Shown: positions 12,001 through 24,620, numbered from the stretch's first letter. The stretch: 64,000 nt of DNA from Dimorphilus gyrociliatus (GCA_904063045.1 CAJFCJ010000008.1:992001-1056000); one strand, 5' to 3'. Notes: generated by a model from the letters alone, not told the origin. A program made the numbers and translations.

Positions 12001-12488
12001 AATACTATTTTTGATGTTAGGTTGTCTCTAAAAGAGGTACATACTTTCTAGTTGGACTGCTAGGTGCGCTTTCTTCCCTATTCACCAAACAAAACAATTA
12101 GATGGGGTAAGATAAGATACAAAGTAGAAATAGCTAGGTTGTGAGAGATAAATAGAAATGAAAAAATAAATATCACATAATTTTCAATATTGATAAAATT
12201 ATGTAATATCTGGATCACACAACTGAATTTATACTAATGAAACTAGGTTTATAAAGCTACGAAATTGAAATGAGAAAAGATGGAACGTCAATATCAACTT
12301 ACTCTTCTTCACTCCTGTTACAATATCAATAATTAAAAAGTTATTAAACAATGCATGAAATGTCATATTTAAACAAGCGTATTCTTTAATGATCATTTTG
12401 TATGAAGAGTATATCTTAATATGTTAAATGATGGGGATATATATACGTACATTTCTTCTTCACTTACAACTTCTTCTTCGTCAGACAT
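9048..12488 (-). CDS. TnT: Troponin T, lophotrochozoan type, with microexon and candidate mutually exclusive exons
   Basis: GCCGCC-ATG at 12488: MSDEEEVVSEEE|M-SEE|E-SAPVEDSGPSEAELAMQ|(exon A or B)|EQRKKEREEEERR...PKPNFVITKK|...LESEKYDLEVRFKRQQYD|MMELAEKARQM...KIEMYSKYERQKDKR; splice phases are consistent. Confidence 0.95.
10714..10990 (-). other. Tandem homologous troponin T exons A (10859-10990) and B (10714-10830) separated by a 28-nt spacer
   Basis: Both exons are phase 0/0 with canonical AG/GT ends; the peptides share GLDE...ERE..EEEI..LR.R. Confidence 0.88.
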
Positions 12489-13388
12489 GGCGGCTACTTT
12501 TTACTGTTAAAAAAAGGAGAGATTGTATTTCTCTACGAATTTTTCATTAAGTATTCAAGTTAACAATTAAGTAATATGCAGAAATCTTTTAAATATACTT
12601 AACTTATCTTACTTTTAATAAGTTTTAATAAAATATCTAGAGAAAAACTTACTTAAAAAAGAATAAAATGCAGAGAAAAGACGGAAAGAAGCGTTCGAAA
12701 GCTTGCGTACTGCGAAACTGCACAGATATTTCAACCGCTAAGCAGAAGCGCCCTTCTAAAAATAGAAAACTGCAAGTAAATATGCAGCTTTTGCTCCAAC
12801 CTTTCGCTGGTAGCCTATATATTTTTCGCTGTACTTGCGTTTCCCTCTCTATCTCTCTAGCTTTCTAAACCCTCCCCCCTCTCTTTATACGTTTTTCTTA
12901 TGCCTTATGAAAAAATTCCAAAGGTTTTTTTTTCGTTGCATTGGCCATTCTATAAATTTTTACGATTTATACATAGTTCTTTTTTCTTTCTACACCGCCC
13001 CCATTACACAATCTAAGTTTGTTCCCCTAGTTTTATTTTAATCCAATCTCTTATCTATTTATAACAATGAAAATTCAATACAATATAATATTGGTTATTT
13101 TAGCATTAAATAAATATATTCAAATATTTTTAAACGCCAATCGCATTCTTCTTTAATGATGTAGGGAAGTAATTAAGATAGGCCTATGAGTTTGAAGGAA
13201 TCCAGTTTCTTTATATTTTAAGAATTCATTTCACACTATTTATCCTTGAAATATCTTTTAACATTATTGTTTTTATTGTAAGAAAACGAGTTATTTTTCA
13301 TTTAAAATAAAAATTATATATATATGCAGCAAATACAGAGCATATACACTTTTGCAGTATATAAAAATACTGTATACTGTACAACGTA

Positions 13389-13390
<2 letters not shown>

Positions 13391-13433
<43 letters not shown>
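13391..13433. repeat. (TA)21 microsatellite
   Basis: Perfect TA dinucleotide run, downstream of the Pol lambda stop. Confidence 0.95.
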
Positions 13434-13436
<3 letters not shown>

Positions 13437-13509
13437 GGTAGATGTTATGCTACTTCGAATAATTATTTGTTGATATTTATTAATAATTTTAAAACAAAAT
13501 ATTCAGCAA

Positions 13510-16500
13510 TCAGTGGTCTCGTTCGTTCGGTGGTAGATATTTTAAACCCAGATGCTTAAACACTGATTCTTCGGTCGGAGTAGGCAAAGGTACGCCTGGA
13601 TTTAATTTTTCTCCTCTCTGTAGGTAAAAACTATTTGTAGTTTTTTCTATTTTTTTTTCTTATTGGCCTATAGGTAATTATATGTACCTTTCGAACAACA
13701 CCCTTATTTAGTGAATGTTCGGACAGAGACATACCCATTTTGCCCGCTAGATGCCTCATAGAACGATTGAAATGTGCAGAACCCGTAAAATACATTATGG
13801 CGCATGCGTATTCATCTCTGGGCACGGTTATTATATCAATTCGTCTGTGTTTTGCCCCCTCCTCATCTAGCTTGCAAACACCTAAGTACTTGCTCTGCCC
13901 TCCTTTCTGCTGCAGAGAAACAAGATGGTCTGTTAAAAAGCTACCTAGCCTCTTTATAATCTTTGGTAGGAGATCATGGTGAGACTTTCCGTCGGGATGA
14001 GTTATTAAAAAATCTACATCACCACATGTCTCTTTACCTCTTCTGTACGATCCACAGCAGAGTATCACTAAATCTGCATCAATTCCTAGACATTTCTCCC
14101 TGACAAAGTCATCAATTCTACCAGCTTCTTCTCGAGGCATTCTTTCTAGGAGATCGTCGTAATGTTTAAGGCCTATCTGTTGCGGTCTGGTCAATTTGGC
14201 TTTATTTCGAACATCTTCAAGAGTTTTAATGCCCTGAGATACCCACTGTCTAGCCGTTGTCTGCCCTACACCCCAGATTCCTGATAAAGTTGAAATTGCC
14301 TTTATATCTTCTTGATTTGAAAGTTCCTCAAGCTTCCTTAAACCGCCTGTCTCAACTATTTCCCATATCTTATTCGCTACCCGTTCACCAACCCCAGGTA
14401 TAGCAAGTGCTTCTTCAAAAGAGGTTATTGGTCTTGGATAGCGTTTGACGGCCGCAGCCGCCTTCCTATAAGAGAATGTGCGCCATCTATCACCAGTTGA
14501 TTCGTAGGTTGTAGCAAGAGCCTGAAATTAAATATGTAAACAAAGGAATCAAGGAGTTCATTCATTCATATTTTCCTTTAGCGTAAGAGAATAAAAGCAA
14601 AATTCATTTGATAAAAGATATTTTCAACAAAACCAAAAAAAATTCAGAACAAATATTCATTGCTAAATGTTTTTTCATTTGCTACTGAACTTTTGTCATA
14701 TGTGGTGAATATATATATATTAGTATATATGCACAGTAGAGATTATTTTTCTAGGCAATTACATATTTAAGATACATTTGTCAAGACTTTCGGTCAATTT
14801 TTTGATAGTGAGACATATGTAAAAGTATAATTAACTACGAAATAAAAATGTCTAAAGAATGTAAAACCAACAAAATAGTGTCTAGAAAAACAGTCCCTTA
14901 TTTATATACTGTATATACATTTTGTATATGCACACTTTGTGTAAAATGTTGAAATACTGTATCTTTTTCACAATTATTCTTCAGTTGAACATAGTCTAGC
15001 GTCCCTAAGTTGTAAAATTCCACCACAAATTTGGACTATACCACACAGGAGAAAGGCTAAAGAAGGATTCGCTGTTTTTTCATATATACTACCAAAAGCT
15101 GTTATTGACACCAACGTTGCTAATCCGTGGACCGTTAATATTATTGCCAAACCGTTTGCTATAAATTCTGGTTTTTTTACAATTTCTACAGCTACAGAGA
15201 GTGTAAGTGGTATATAAGTCGCTGTAATTGAAAGGAAAATATAAAATTCTCTTTGTGTTTGACTTTTAAATGACGAAAGGTTAAAACAAACCTGATATCA
15301 TGCCAAATAAACAAGCATAAATAATTAATAGATTATAAGTTCTCATATAAAAAGATGCTGATGTTAAAATTCCTCCTAGAATTGAAAAAATACCGAAAAC
15401 AAAATTCTTGTCAAACCAAGCTTTATCTCCTAAATAGCCTACAAGCGGGCGCACAGTCGTTGAACATGCGCCCATAATTGCAACTAGAACTGCAGCATTC
15501 ATTTTAGAAATACCATTGCTTTCAGCTTTAATTGGTAGCATCATAAACGGTACAACATGCCCATACAATAGGGTAAAATTTGAAAAGCAATAAATAATGA
15601 ATCTTTTATTTTTTAGGATTTCTTTATTGAAACGAGAAGACCTTTTCTTTTCAAGAAGGGATTTTGACAATAGGGGACCCGGTTTAAGTATGGCAGCTAT
15701 CAAGCAACCATGAAGTTGTAGACCACCAATTATCAAAACAGCTCCCCGCCAAGAATACTTATTGATTAGAAGTCTTGTAATAGGTCCCCAAAGCATAGAA
15801 CCTACGCTTATTCCAGTCATAATAACACTCAAGGAAAAGGCTTTTTTCTTCTGGAACCAATGAGAAACTGCAACTGGGGCTCCTAGTTGGTAACAGCTAT
15901 AACCAACCCCAGACACAATACCCATGCTAAAATAATAAACAATTACATTTCTGACGAGAAACGTTGTCAGGCAACATAAAGCTAGTATTAAACTACCACT
16001 AAAAACAACAACCCTGCATCCAAATCTGTGCACAATTGGACCCAGCAGCACTCCACTGAGACCTAAAAATGAAGATAACAAAGCTCCTATAAATGCTATG
16101 TTACTAGCTCTTTGTTCAGTAGAATCTATTATATCAACCATCATTATTCCAAACGAGGTTAAAGAACAACCTGTTAGCACCTCTAAAAAAAATGCTGAGA
16201 CCAATATCACCCAGGCATATCCGGAATCTGTTGAATCCTCTGACAAATTTATACATTTTGTATTTTTTTTAGAACCATGCTCTCCGTGCTCTTCGTCATC
16301 GCAATAAACACATTTAGTATCCGTTGATACCTGTTTAGTCTCTAATTCTAGATTTTTTATACAATCATTATTTTCTTCTGTCATTGAGTCTTTTGACATC
16401 CTTTGTAGTAAAATTAAGAGCTAATAAATTGCGTACAGATGTATTCATGGAACATTAAAATCCAGTTAATGTTGACGTGAAAAAAAATAGTCAATAGTGT

Positions 16501-18990
16501 TAGAACCGGTGCTTATGAGCAAAAATCGATTAGGAATATAGACTGTATACAGTTATGACGTACGTTTTGATTTGAAATGCTACTAAGAATACCAAGCTGT
16601 AGTAAATACCTCTAAAATTGCTTCCGGTTATTATTTACCATGCAATATGGAATCATTCAAACAAGGATTTAGAGATAAGCATTTAATATATCGCAAAACG
16701 TAGCTTATTCTTTCGATTTTGCAATTTTTAACAACAAGAATATGACCTTGTTCTGAATTTTTTTCTATAAGAGAGTGGAATATATTTTAATATATTCCTT
16801 ACAAATTGTGTCAATTGAAATTGTTAATATGACTATAATATATAGTAAAAATCGTTCGATAATACATATCATAATAATTGACAAACCTCTAATTTTTCGG
16901 TTATTATGCTGTTTAGATTTGAATGTTTTACTTTAGATGACTTTGCACATATCCATTTTTCAGGCTAAATTGGTTAATTATTATCTTTATTGTTAGAGAT
17001 CGAGATAAACATTTGATAAGGAAAAAGACAAACTCACCGAAATTTTCCATTTCTTTTCAGGTATATCGTTATCGCTTTCCGATAAGGAAAGGGAACCTTC
17101 TCCCGACGAAGCATTAAAATCAGGGGGTAAAAAAGCAGGTTCTACCTGCTTCGAAGTTGATGGCGTCTAAAAATAACGAAAGTTTTTGTTATTTTTAAAA
17201 AAGAAACTATCTAGGATGAACAAAGGCCTTTAACGGTAGCAAAACAGGTCGATATTGCGAACATAGGCGTCGCTTCAAGATATTAGCATAGGCCGGCTAA
17301 TAACCTCTGAATATAAATCAAGTGATCGTAACTATTGAGCACATATTCAATAACAAGTTGAATCAACCAAGAGTTTCATTTTTCATTCTGTGAACGAAAC
17401 ACCTAATAAAGTATTAAGATGTCAGATTTCATACTTCGCCAGGTAAAATTTTTTTTATTTGTATTGTGTATTACATAAGATTGGCAAATAATTAACAAAA
17501 ACTATTATTGTTGGAAATGACGTTGTATACACAAATCTAATAAAATCAATATCTTTTCAATTTACTCTTTTGTTTTCACGAATACAGCTTTTTGAACCTG
17601 AATCTAGCACGTATACGTATCTTTTGGCTGATCCTGAGACTAAGGAAGCCGTTTTAATTGACCCTGTCATCGAAAAAGTTGACAGGGACGTGATGCAAGT
17701 GACCGACCTAGGCCTAAAGTTGATATATGCTTTGAACACGCACGTTCATGCTGATCACGTAACCGGCACAGGTTTGCTTAAAAAGAGAATTACTACCTGC
17801 AAAAGTGTCATAGCTAGGGTCAGCAAGGCAAGGGCGGACGTATATCTGGACCACGGAGATACAATTAAATTTGGTCGCTTTGAATTGGAAGTAAGAAGTA
17901 CACCTGGACATACGGATGGATGTCTTACTTATGTTCTTCATGAGAAAAAATTAGCATTTACAGGTGATGCTCTCCTTATAAGAGGATGTGGAAGGACAGA
18001 TTTTCAACAAGGTAAACTGTTTACTTTGTTCTTTTTCTGAACAACTAAACTGAAATATTTTATTTCAAAATTCAGGAAATTCAGAGTCTCTTTACAATTC
18101 GGTTCATTCTCAGATATTATCATTACCAAAGGATTATCAATTATATCCTGCTCATGATTATACTGGACGAAGTGTTACAACAGTTGAGGAAGAAAGTCGT
18201 CTTAATCCAAGACTGACTAAATCTCTTGAAGAATTTATACAGATTATGAATAATCTTAATTTACCTTATCCTAAAAAAATTGGTAAGTGTTAAATGTTCT
18301 AAATTCTATGAAAAGTAATTAATTTTCAAATTAATAATTTATAGACCGAGCCTTGCCAGCTAATATGATTTGCGGACTACAAGATTGAAGAGGAAATATT
18401 GTAGCAACTTCTACTAGAACTTCCAAAGAGTGTTTTCTTTTACTGTTAATAGATTTCTCAAACTAACTATTTCCAAATAGTATGTCCAGAATGATTTATG
18501 TGAGTTTGTGAATTTTTGTTAATTGAATACAAATTCAGTCTTTGCACAATAAAAGTATTAAAAGAATATTTGCTTTACTTACATTTAACACTGTTGAAAT
18601 GTTTTCAACAGTTTTTACTTGGGATGAAGTCGTCACTTTAGTTGATTCCTTTTCGCTATCACTGTCATTATCAATCTCTTTATTTGTATCCTTTGAAAGT
18701 AAGTAGGAAAATGTAGGGATTTCAGCTTTCGCTTTAATACATTCAGATAGCCAAGAACTTTTAACTATTGGCTTATTAACTTGTTCTAATTTTGTTATTC
18801 TTTTAAATTTTTCAAAATCAAGGGTATCATCAACAATATAATGAGTAATATCTTTATCATTGTATTCATTAACAATCGATCCATCAAATTTAATGATATT
18901 CTTCTCGAAAAGGAGCTTTCTGTTTTTACCAATTTTTGTTTGTATTACACAAATAACAAATCCATTCAAAAATGATGCTTTGTCAGCCAT
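13510..18990 (-). CDS. POLL: DNA polymerase lambda (family X): BRCT, Ser/Pro-rich linker, lyase and polymerase domains; 5 exons
   Basis: Exons 18990-18583 (BRCT: [13 protein letters not shown]...THYIVDD...[10 protein letters not shown]), 17166-17038, 16964-16887 (KWICAKSS...NSIITEKLE), 14521-13688 ([33 protein letters not shown]...SLSEHSL) and 13617-13510; every exon length is a multiple of 3 with GT-AG ends. Confidence 0.95.
14974..16399 (-). CDS. Monocarboxylate transporter family (SLC16/MFS) protein, about 452 aa, nested in POLL intron 3 on the same strand
   Basis: [10 protein letters not shown]-terminal MCT motif, [30 protein letters not shown] and multiple TM helices; exon 16399-15292 joins exon 15221-14974 in phase 1. 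Confidence 0.9.
17419..18388 (+). CDS. ETHE1: Persulfide dioxygenase ETHE1 (metallo-beta-lactamase fold), nested antisense in POLL intron 1
   Basis: MSDFILRQ|[15 protein letters not shown]...LIDPV...[11 protein letters not shown]...TPGHTDGC...[19 protein letters not shown]|...YPAHDYTG...EESRLNPRL...|[11 protein letters not shown]; TGA at 18386-18388. Confidence 0.97.
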
Positions 18991-19299
18991 ATTTAATAAA
19001 TATATTAAATAATAATTTCACAAAGATAAAATGTCTTTTAAAATGTACCTTTAAAAACAGAGGAAAAATAGATAAAATCACATAGATTGGTTTATATTAC
19101 AGATTGTTTATAGATATATTTCAGCAGAGGACGGATGTAAACGTTAAAGAATAGTTTCGTATAAATTGATTTTTTTCTAAAACTTTTTATTGAATCTAAT
19201 AAAATTTTACAAACAGACAAATATTGGAATGTTATTATTGTATAATAATTTGTAACTGATCATTTGAGGCGTTTTCTATGTTTGTTTCATTTATTGTTC

Positions 19300-20118
19300 T
19301 TAAATCAATCCCTTGTCTCGCATTTCCTTGGAAAAAGTTTCAGAGAAATTCTCATAATCGCTCCCTTCGGACTTGAACCAATCAGTTTGTTTGATAAATT
19401 TAATAAATCTATCGATGCCTTCATATCTCGAATATTCAACTCCAAATGGTTCTAATGCAGTAAGACTTGCTGCAAATGCAATATCGGCCAATGTTGTCTT
19501 TGATCCAGTAAAATAGGTAGAATCCTTTAAATATATTCTTTCAATCTTTTCAAGACAATCGTACAAAGAATTGAATTCATCTTCGGTTGGTTTACGTTTC
19601 TTAAAAGCGATTGCTTCCTAAATAAATCATAACAAAGATAAGGTTTTTATTATAAACACTATCATTACTATAATTCTGATAATTTCTACATGCTTACGAT
19701 AATGGCTAGTACTGCAGGATAAAAAGTAGTAGCATCGAAATAGAGGAGCCTGTCAATAACAGCTCGCTTTTTCAAATCTTTCGGGTAAAAATGTTCAAAT
19801 TCGGGTCTTGCATATCTATCGAACAAGTAGGTTATTATTGCTCTAGATTCCCAGAGAGCAAAGCCATTATCAACAATTGTAGGAACAAGGCCATGCGGAT
19901 TTATCTGCAAACGTAAGAGTTTCCAAATAATTTTAACGAGATAACAAATTTCAATTACTTAAAAAATGACTTACCTTTCGAAACTCTTCAGATTTCGTCT
20001 CATTACCTAATAAGTCGATAGAATGAACCTCGAAAGGTATATCTAATGCTTTGAACGTAAAAAAGACATTTCTACTAGGTGGGCTTATAAAAGAATGATA
20101 AAATTTAATAACAGACAT
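19300..20118 (-). CDS. Cytosolic glutathione S-transferase, delta/epsilon/theta-like (3 exons)
   Basis: SPPSR active-site Ser region, [45 protein letters not shown] and the TLADIA N-capping box. Confidence 0.95.
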
Positions 20119-20803
20119 CTTTATAATATAATTATTGTCGAAACTTATAAGCCAAATTACAGTTTGTGCCGACACCGCAGTACAAAGTCAATCCTACTTA
20201 TTAGGCTTTATCTTATCAGATTTTATATATTTTGGGGCCTATTCGAAAGTAAGTTTGAAATTTTCACCTGATAGCAAAAAAGGCATATCATTTTATGTTG
20301 TTTTTTGATTATATTTAAAGACTTATCTCTCAAGAAAAATATACACAATTCTTTCCTTTCTCTTTCTTTAGTTTCACATTAAAGATATTAAATCTAATGA
20401 TTATAGTTTCTTGGTAATACATTTAATTACTAATATAATTAATTATGCATTTTCATTTATTAGCATTATAGTTAGAAATGTGGACTGATATGTTAGTAAA
20501 GTATTTTGTATGCCTAGTGAAAGCATTAAAAGACTAGACCATGGACATCGCACGCTTTCAGAATATATCTTCATAAATGTTTTACACGTTTTAGTATAAT
20601 ATGGCGCATTGATCAATAATATGCGAAATAAAAATTGAACACACAGCATTTATTACATGCACAAATAATAGTTTCTTGACTCCAAATGGGCAATTTCATA
20701 ATAATATCCAATTTTTGGCAAAAATTATTCTAGTTTTATATTATTTTAGCATAGAAAATGTAAAAATAAATAAACCGGCATCGCGACTATTTAAGTACTA
20801 GTC

Positions 20804-20825
20804 TGATGCAACTTAACGTCATTGG
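20804..20825. promoter_or_regulatory. Candidate C/EBP-ATF (AARE) site TGATGCAAC with adjacent CRE half-site and CCAAT, upstream of ASS1
   Basis: Sequence gtcTGATGCAACttaACGTCATTGGc about 175 nt 5' of the ASS1 ATG; motif match only. Confidence 0.35.
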
Positions 20826-20985
20826 CTTTCTCGGCAGCGTTCGGTTAAGAACTAACAGAGATCTTGCCTTAAGACTTTATTGTTCACTATAGTAAATAGA
20901 TTTATTTGTATGTAAAATAGAAAATTTACTATTCTTATTTAATTAAATTCATTCCAATTACAAAAATTTCAGAATAATTCTAAAA

Positions 20986-22987
20986 ATGGAAAAACGTGTT
21001 GTACTTGCTTATTCTGGAGGTTTGGATACATCTTGTATCTTGGTATGGCTACAGGAAAAAGGATTCGAAGTTATTGCTTATATGGTATAATTAAAATAAT
21101 CCATTCTTAAATATGTAAAAATTAATTAATTTTATTAAATGATAGGCCAATGTGGGCCAAGACGAAGACTTTGAAGCTGCTAGGGAAAAAGCATTGAAAC
21201 TAGGCGCTAAGAAGGTTTTATTTTTTATACAAATATCATATAAACCCAATTTAAATATAAATACGTAAAGATTAGAGAAGCATCGAGTCACATGTCATAT
21301 CAGAAAATCTCCTGACCCTTTAATACTGATAAGCTCTAAAACTTTTAAAACATATGAACATATTATAGTATTTATCTATTGTTATTTGTCTTATATTCTA
21401 AAATCATGGAACTCTTAAATTTTTAATGCGTAGATTTTATTAACTGTTAAGCAGAACCATGTGGTTCTCTTTAGGTTCAAGAGTGGTGAAAAAAATTCCT
21501 AAAATAGCTCTTAGATTCAATAATTGAAAAACTAAAATCCATAAAATTTTTTCTAAATAGACTGATATACAATTTAAGTAATATTAAAAAACTTAGCATA
21601 ATAGAAATACTAGTAGGAAAGGTAATGAACCTTAAACATATGGCTGGCACAACGACAGCTTTACTACCAACTTCTATCCATTCTTTCCGTTTCGTAGTGC
21701 ATTATTTTGGATCTGAAGAAAGAGTTCGTAGAAAATTACATATGGATGGCAGTGAAATCCAATGCTATCTATGAAGATCGTTATTTGATGGGAACAGCTT
21801 TCGCAAGACCATGCATTGCCAAAGGTTTAGTAAAGGTAGCTAAAGAAGAAAATGCTGGGTATATATCTCATGGAGCCACTGGAAAGGGAAACGACCAAAT
21901 CCGCTTCGAATTATCTAGCTATGCTCTTTACCCACAAGTAAAGGTAATGTGAAACTTTTCTTTATTGCTTGAATTATTTTCCATAGTCAATGCCATTTTT
22001 CAAACATTTATATAGATTATAGCACCGTGGCGAATGGAGGAATTTTACAATCGATTCAAGGGTCGTTCAGATTTGTTTGAATACGGAAAGGTGACTAATC
22101 CATATATCATAAAATATATTTGATATAAAATAAATTCTTTTAGCAACATGGTATCCCTTTTTCCATAACTCCAAAAGCGCCATGGAGTATTGATGCCAAC
22201 ATTATGCATATCAGCTACGAATCTGGCATTCTTGAAAATCCAGGTACGGAAGCCCCTACCGACTTATATCAGATGACAAAAGACCCAAAGGACTCTCCTA
22301 ATGTTCCCGATAAAATTGAAATCGAATTTGCGGCCGGCGTTCCAGTAAAAGTAACAAACTTAAACGATAAAACAGTTAAATCTGATGCTTTGGACTTGTT
22401 CCTCTATTTGAACGAACTTGGGTAAGCTGATAGAAATATTTTCCAATAGCAATTTCTATAAATCATTTATATTATAGAGGGAAACACGGAATAGGCAGGA
22501 TCGATATTGTTGAGAACCGTTTCATTGGTATGAAATCTAGAGGTATCTACGAAACTCCTGCTGGAAAGATCCTTTATGATGCCCACATCGACATTGAAAA
22601 CTTTTGTATTGATAGAGAGCTTAGGAAAATTAAGAGCATGCTTACGGTACAACTTTCTGAGCAAGTTTACAGAGGATTTTGGTTTAGTCCAGAATGCGAG
22701 TTCACCAGAAGTTGCATAGACCTGAGCCAAAAGAGTGTTAATGGAAAGGTTGTTTTGAACCTTTTCAAAGGAAACGTTTACGTTTTATCTAGAACTTCCC
22801 CCAGTTCATTGTACAACGAAGAGTTGGTAAGCATGGATGTTCAAGGAGACTACGATCCTAAGGATGCTGCAGGGTTCATAAAAGTTAATGCTCTAAGGTA
22901 ATAAATCACGTTCATTGTTAAGCGACATAAAGAATTTTACATCTTTTCAGATTGCAAGAATACAACCGTCTCGGCGGAAACAATTAG
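20986..22987 (+). CDS. ASS1: Argininosuccinate synthase, multi-exon
   Basis: [70 protein letters not shown]; TAG at 22985-22987. Confidence 0.98.
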
Positions 22988-23577
22988 CTGAAGACCTATG
23001 TTAATCAATCTGTACTTGTATGTTACCCTTATAGAAATGTTTATTAATACAAGAAAAGATTTATTGTGCCCAGAACAGGTGTCTAATTGACTTTCAGTGA
23101 TTAAAAATTGGCCGTTCTGATAATAAGTCCTGACATAGTTAAATTACACATGTTAACACTTAAGAATATTTTCAAACTTTCAACAGAATATTTAAAAAGA
23201 GAGTAAAGATAACATAAGTAGCCATAGATTTGAAATAATTATGCTATCTATCCTATCAAATCTTTGACCTGTTAAAAAAATTGAAATCTGTGAATTTCCT
23301 ATTGCTATAAAATTGCTCTCAAAAACGAAATGTGAAACCGGTATGTAGAAAACCGGTTCCACTTAACGGAACAAAATAGCATAGTAGTTTTCAAGCTATT
23401 GGGCTACGTGACACTTTAAATCACTACTTCTTCCATAGTAGTACGGATCAATTGGTAATATATTTTTTATTCTTATCTTTCTCAGTTTTTTAACATTTTT
23501 AAAATACTATTCAATTAAATAATGTATTAGAAATTAACTTACAATTTTGATTGAATTATAGAACAAAAGACTTCAAA

Positions 23578-24620
23578 ATGAGCCATACAGTTCTATTGTC
23601 TGTGGACAAGAGCCAAAATACTAAGGACGCTGTTGAATGTAAGAATTGAATACGGAATTAAATTCTCTTAAATTATCTAATATTATCGTTCAATAGACTA
23701 TTCGAAGAACTTGCACAAAACTGGATATAAAGTTTGTTTACTTCATGTCATAGAAATTCCAACTGATGCACAAGCTGCACGTACGTATTTTTCCTTCGAA
23801 TCAATTTGATATTCTCGCAATTAAAAATTCATTAAATAAGAAAAATATGTCTAAAGGAAAGAACAATTAATTTATTTTAGTTTATTTATCTTTATAAAAT
23901 CGTTCTATCACGTTACGTTCAAAGATCTTTCACCTCATTGAATGCACTTCTGTCTTTAATACATGTTTATGAAAAACTCGTGCGACTTTGAAATGACCTT
24001 TGCCTCCTGGTTGTTTTCCTTTGTATTAGTATTACGAAGATCTTTATCTATTATTCTCTATTTCTGTACAATTCTAAATATATAGGTTAATGAAGACTTA
24101 AATATTTAACATATAACTTTACACGTAATAACTTTGATTATGCAGTACAGATATTATAATGAGTTAGCGATTATCTAATTTATTAGAATTTTATTGTAAT
24201 ATATTAAGCCTATGTAGAATTTTTAAAATGGGCAGCAGCCAACTACTATCAGTTGACTGGCTAAATGTGAATCATTATTTAATGAATTATTTTATTATAG
24301 AGACCAGCCTAATGACTACTGAATCCATTGAGCAGCATTACCATAAGGAAAAGAAGAAGACTTTGGATATGGACACCGCTCTTAAAGACTTATTGGTCAG
24401 CTATGGAGTACCCGCAGATGATATATTCTTTAAAGATAAATTTGGACTTAAACCAGGAGAAGTTATTGTTCAGGCAGCCGAAGAATTAAAAGCTGTTATG
24501 GTCGTTATGGGAACAAGAGGAATGGGTACCATAAGACGTACAATTCTTGGTTCAGTAAGCGACTACGTTGTTCATCATGCCCACTGCCCCGTATTGGTTT
24601 GCAGACATGCAAAACATTAA
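23578..24620 (+). CDS. Universal stress protein (UspA domain), 3 exons
   Basis: MSHTVLLSVDKS...|...VCLLHVIE...|...GLKPGEVIVQAAEE...VVMGTRGMGTIRRTILGSVSDYVVHHAHCPVLV, with the G-x2-G-x9-G-S ATP-binding motif. Confidence 0.9.

Noticed and set aside
12668-13041. Two short + strand ORFs upstream of troponin T
   Set aside because: Low-complexity promoter-region DNA; no motifs or splice support.
23332-23362. Short imperfect inverted repeat GTGAAACCGG...CCGGTTCCAC between ASS1 and USP
   Set aside because: Too short and isolated to call a terminator, MITE or structured RNA.
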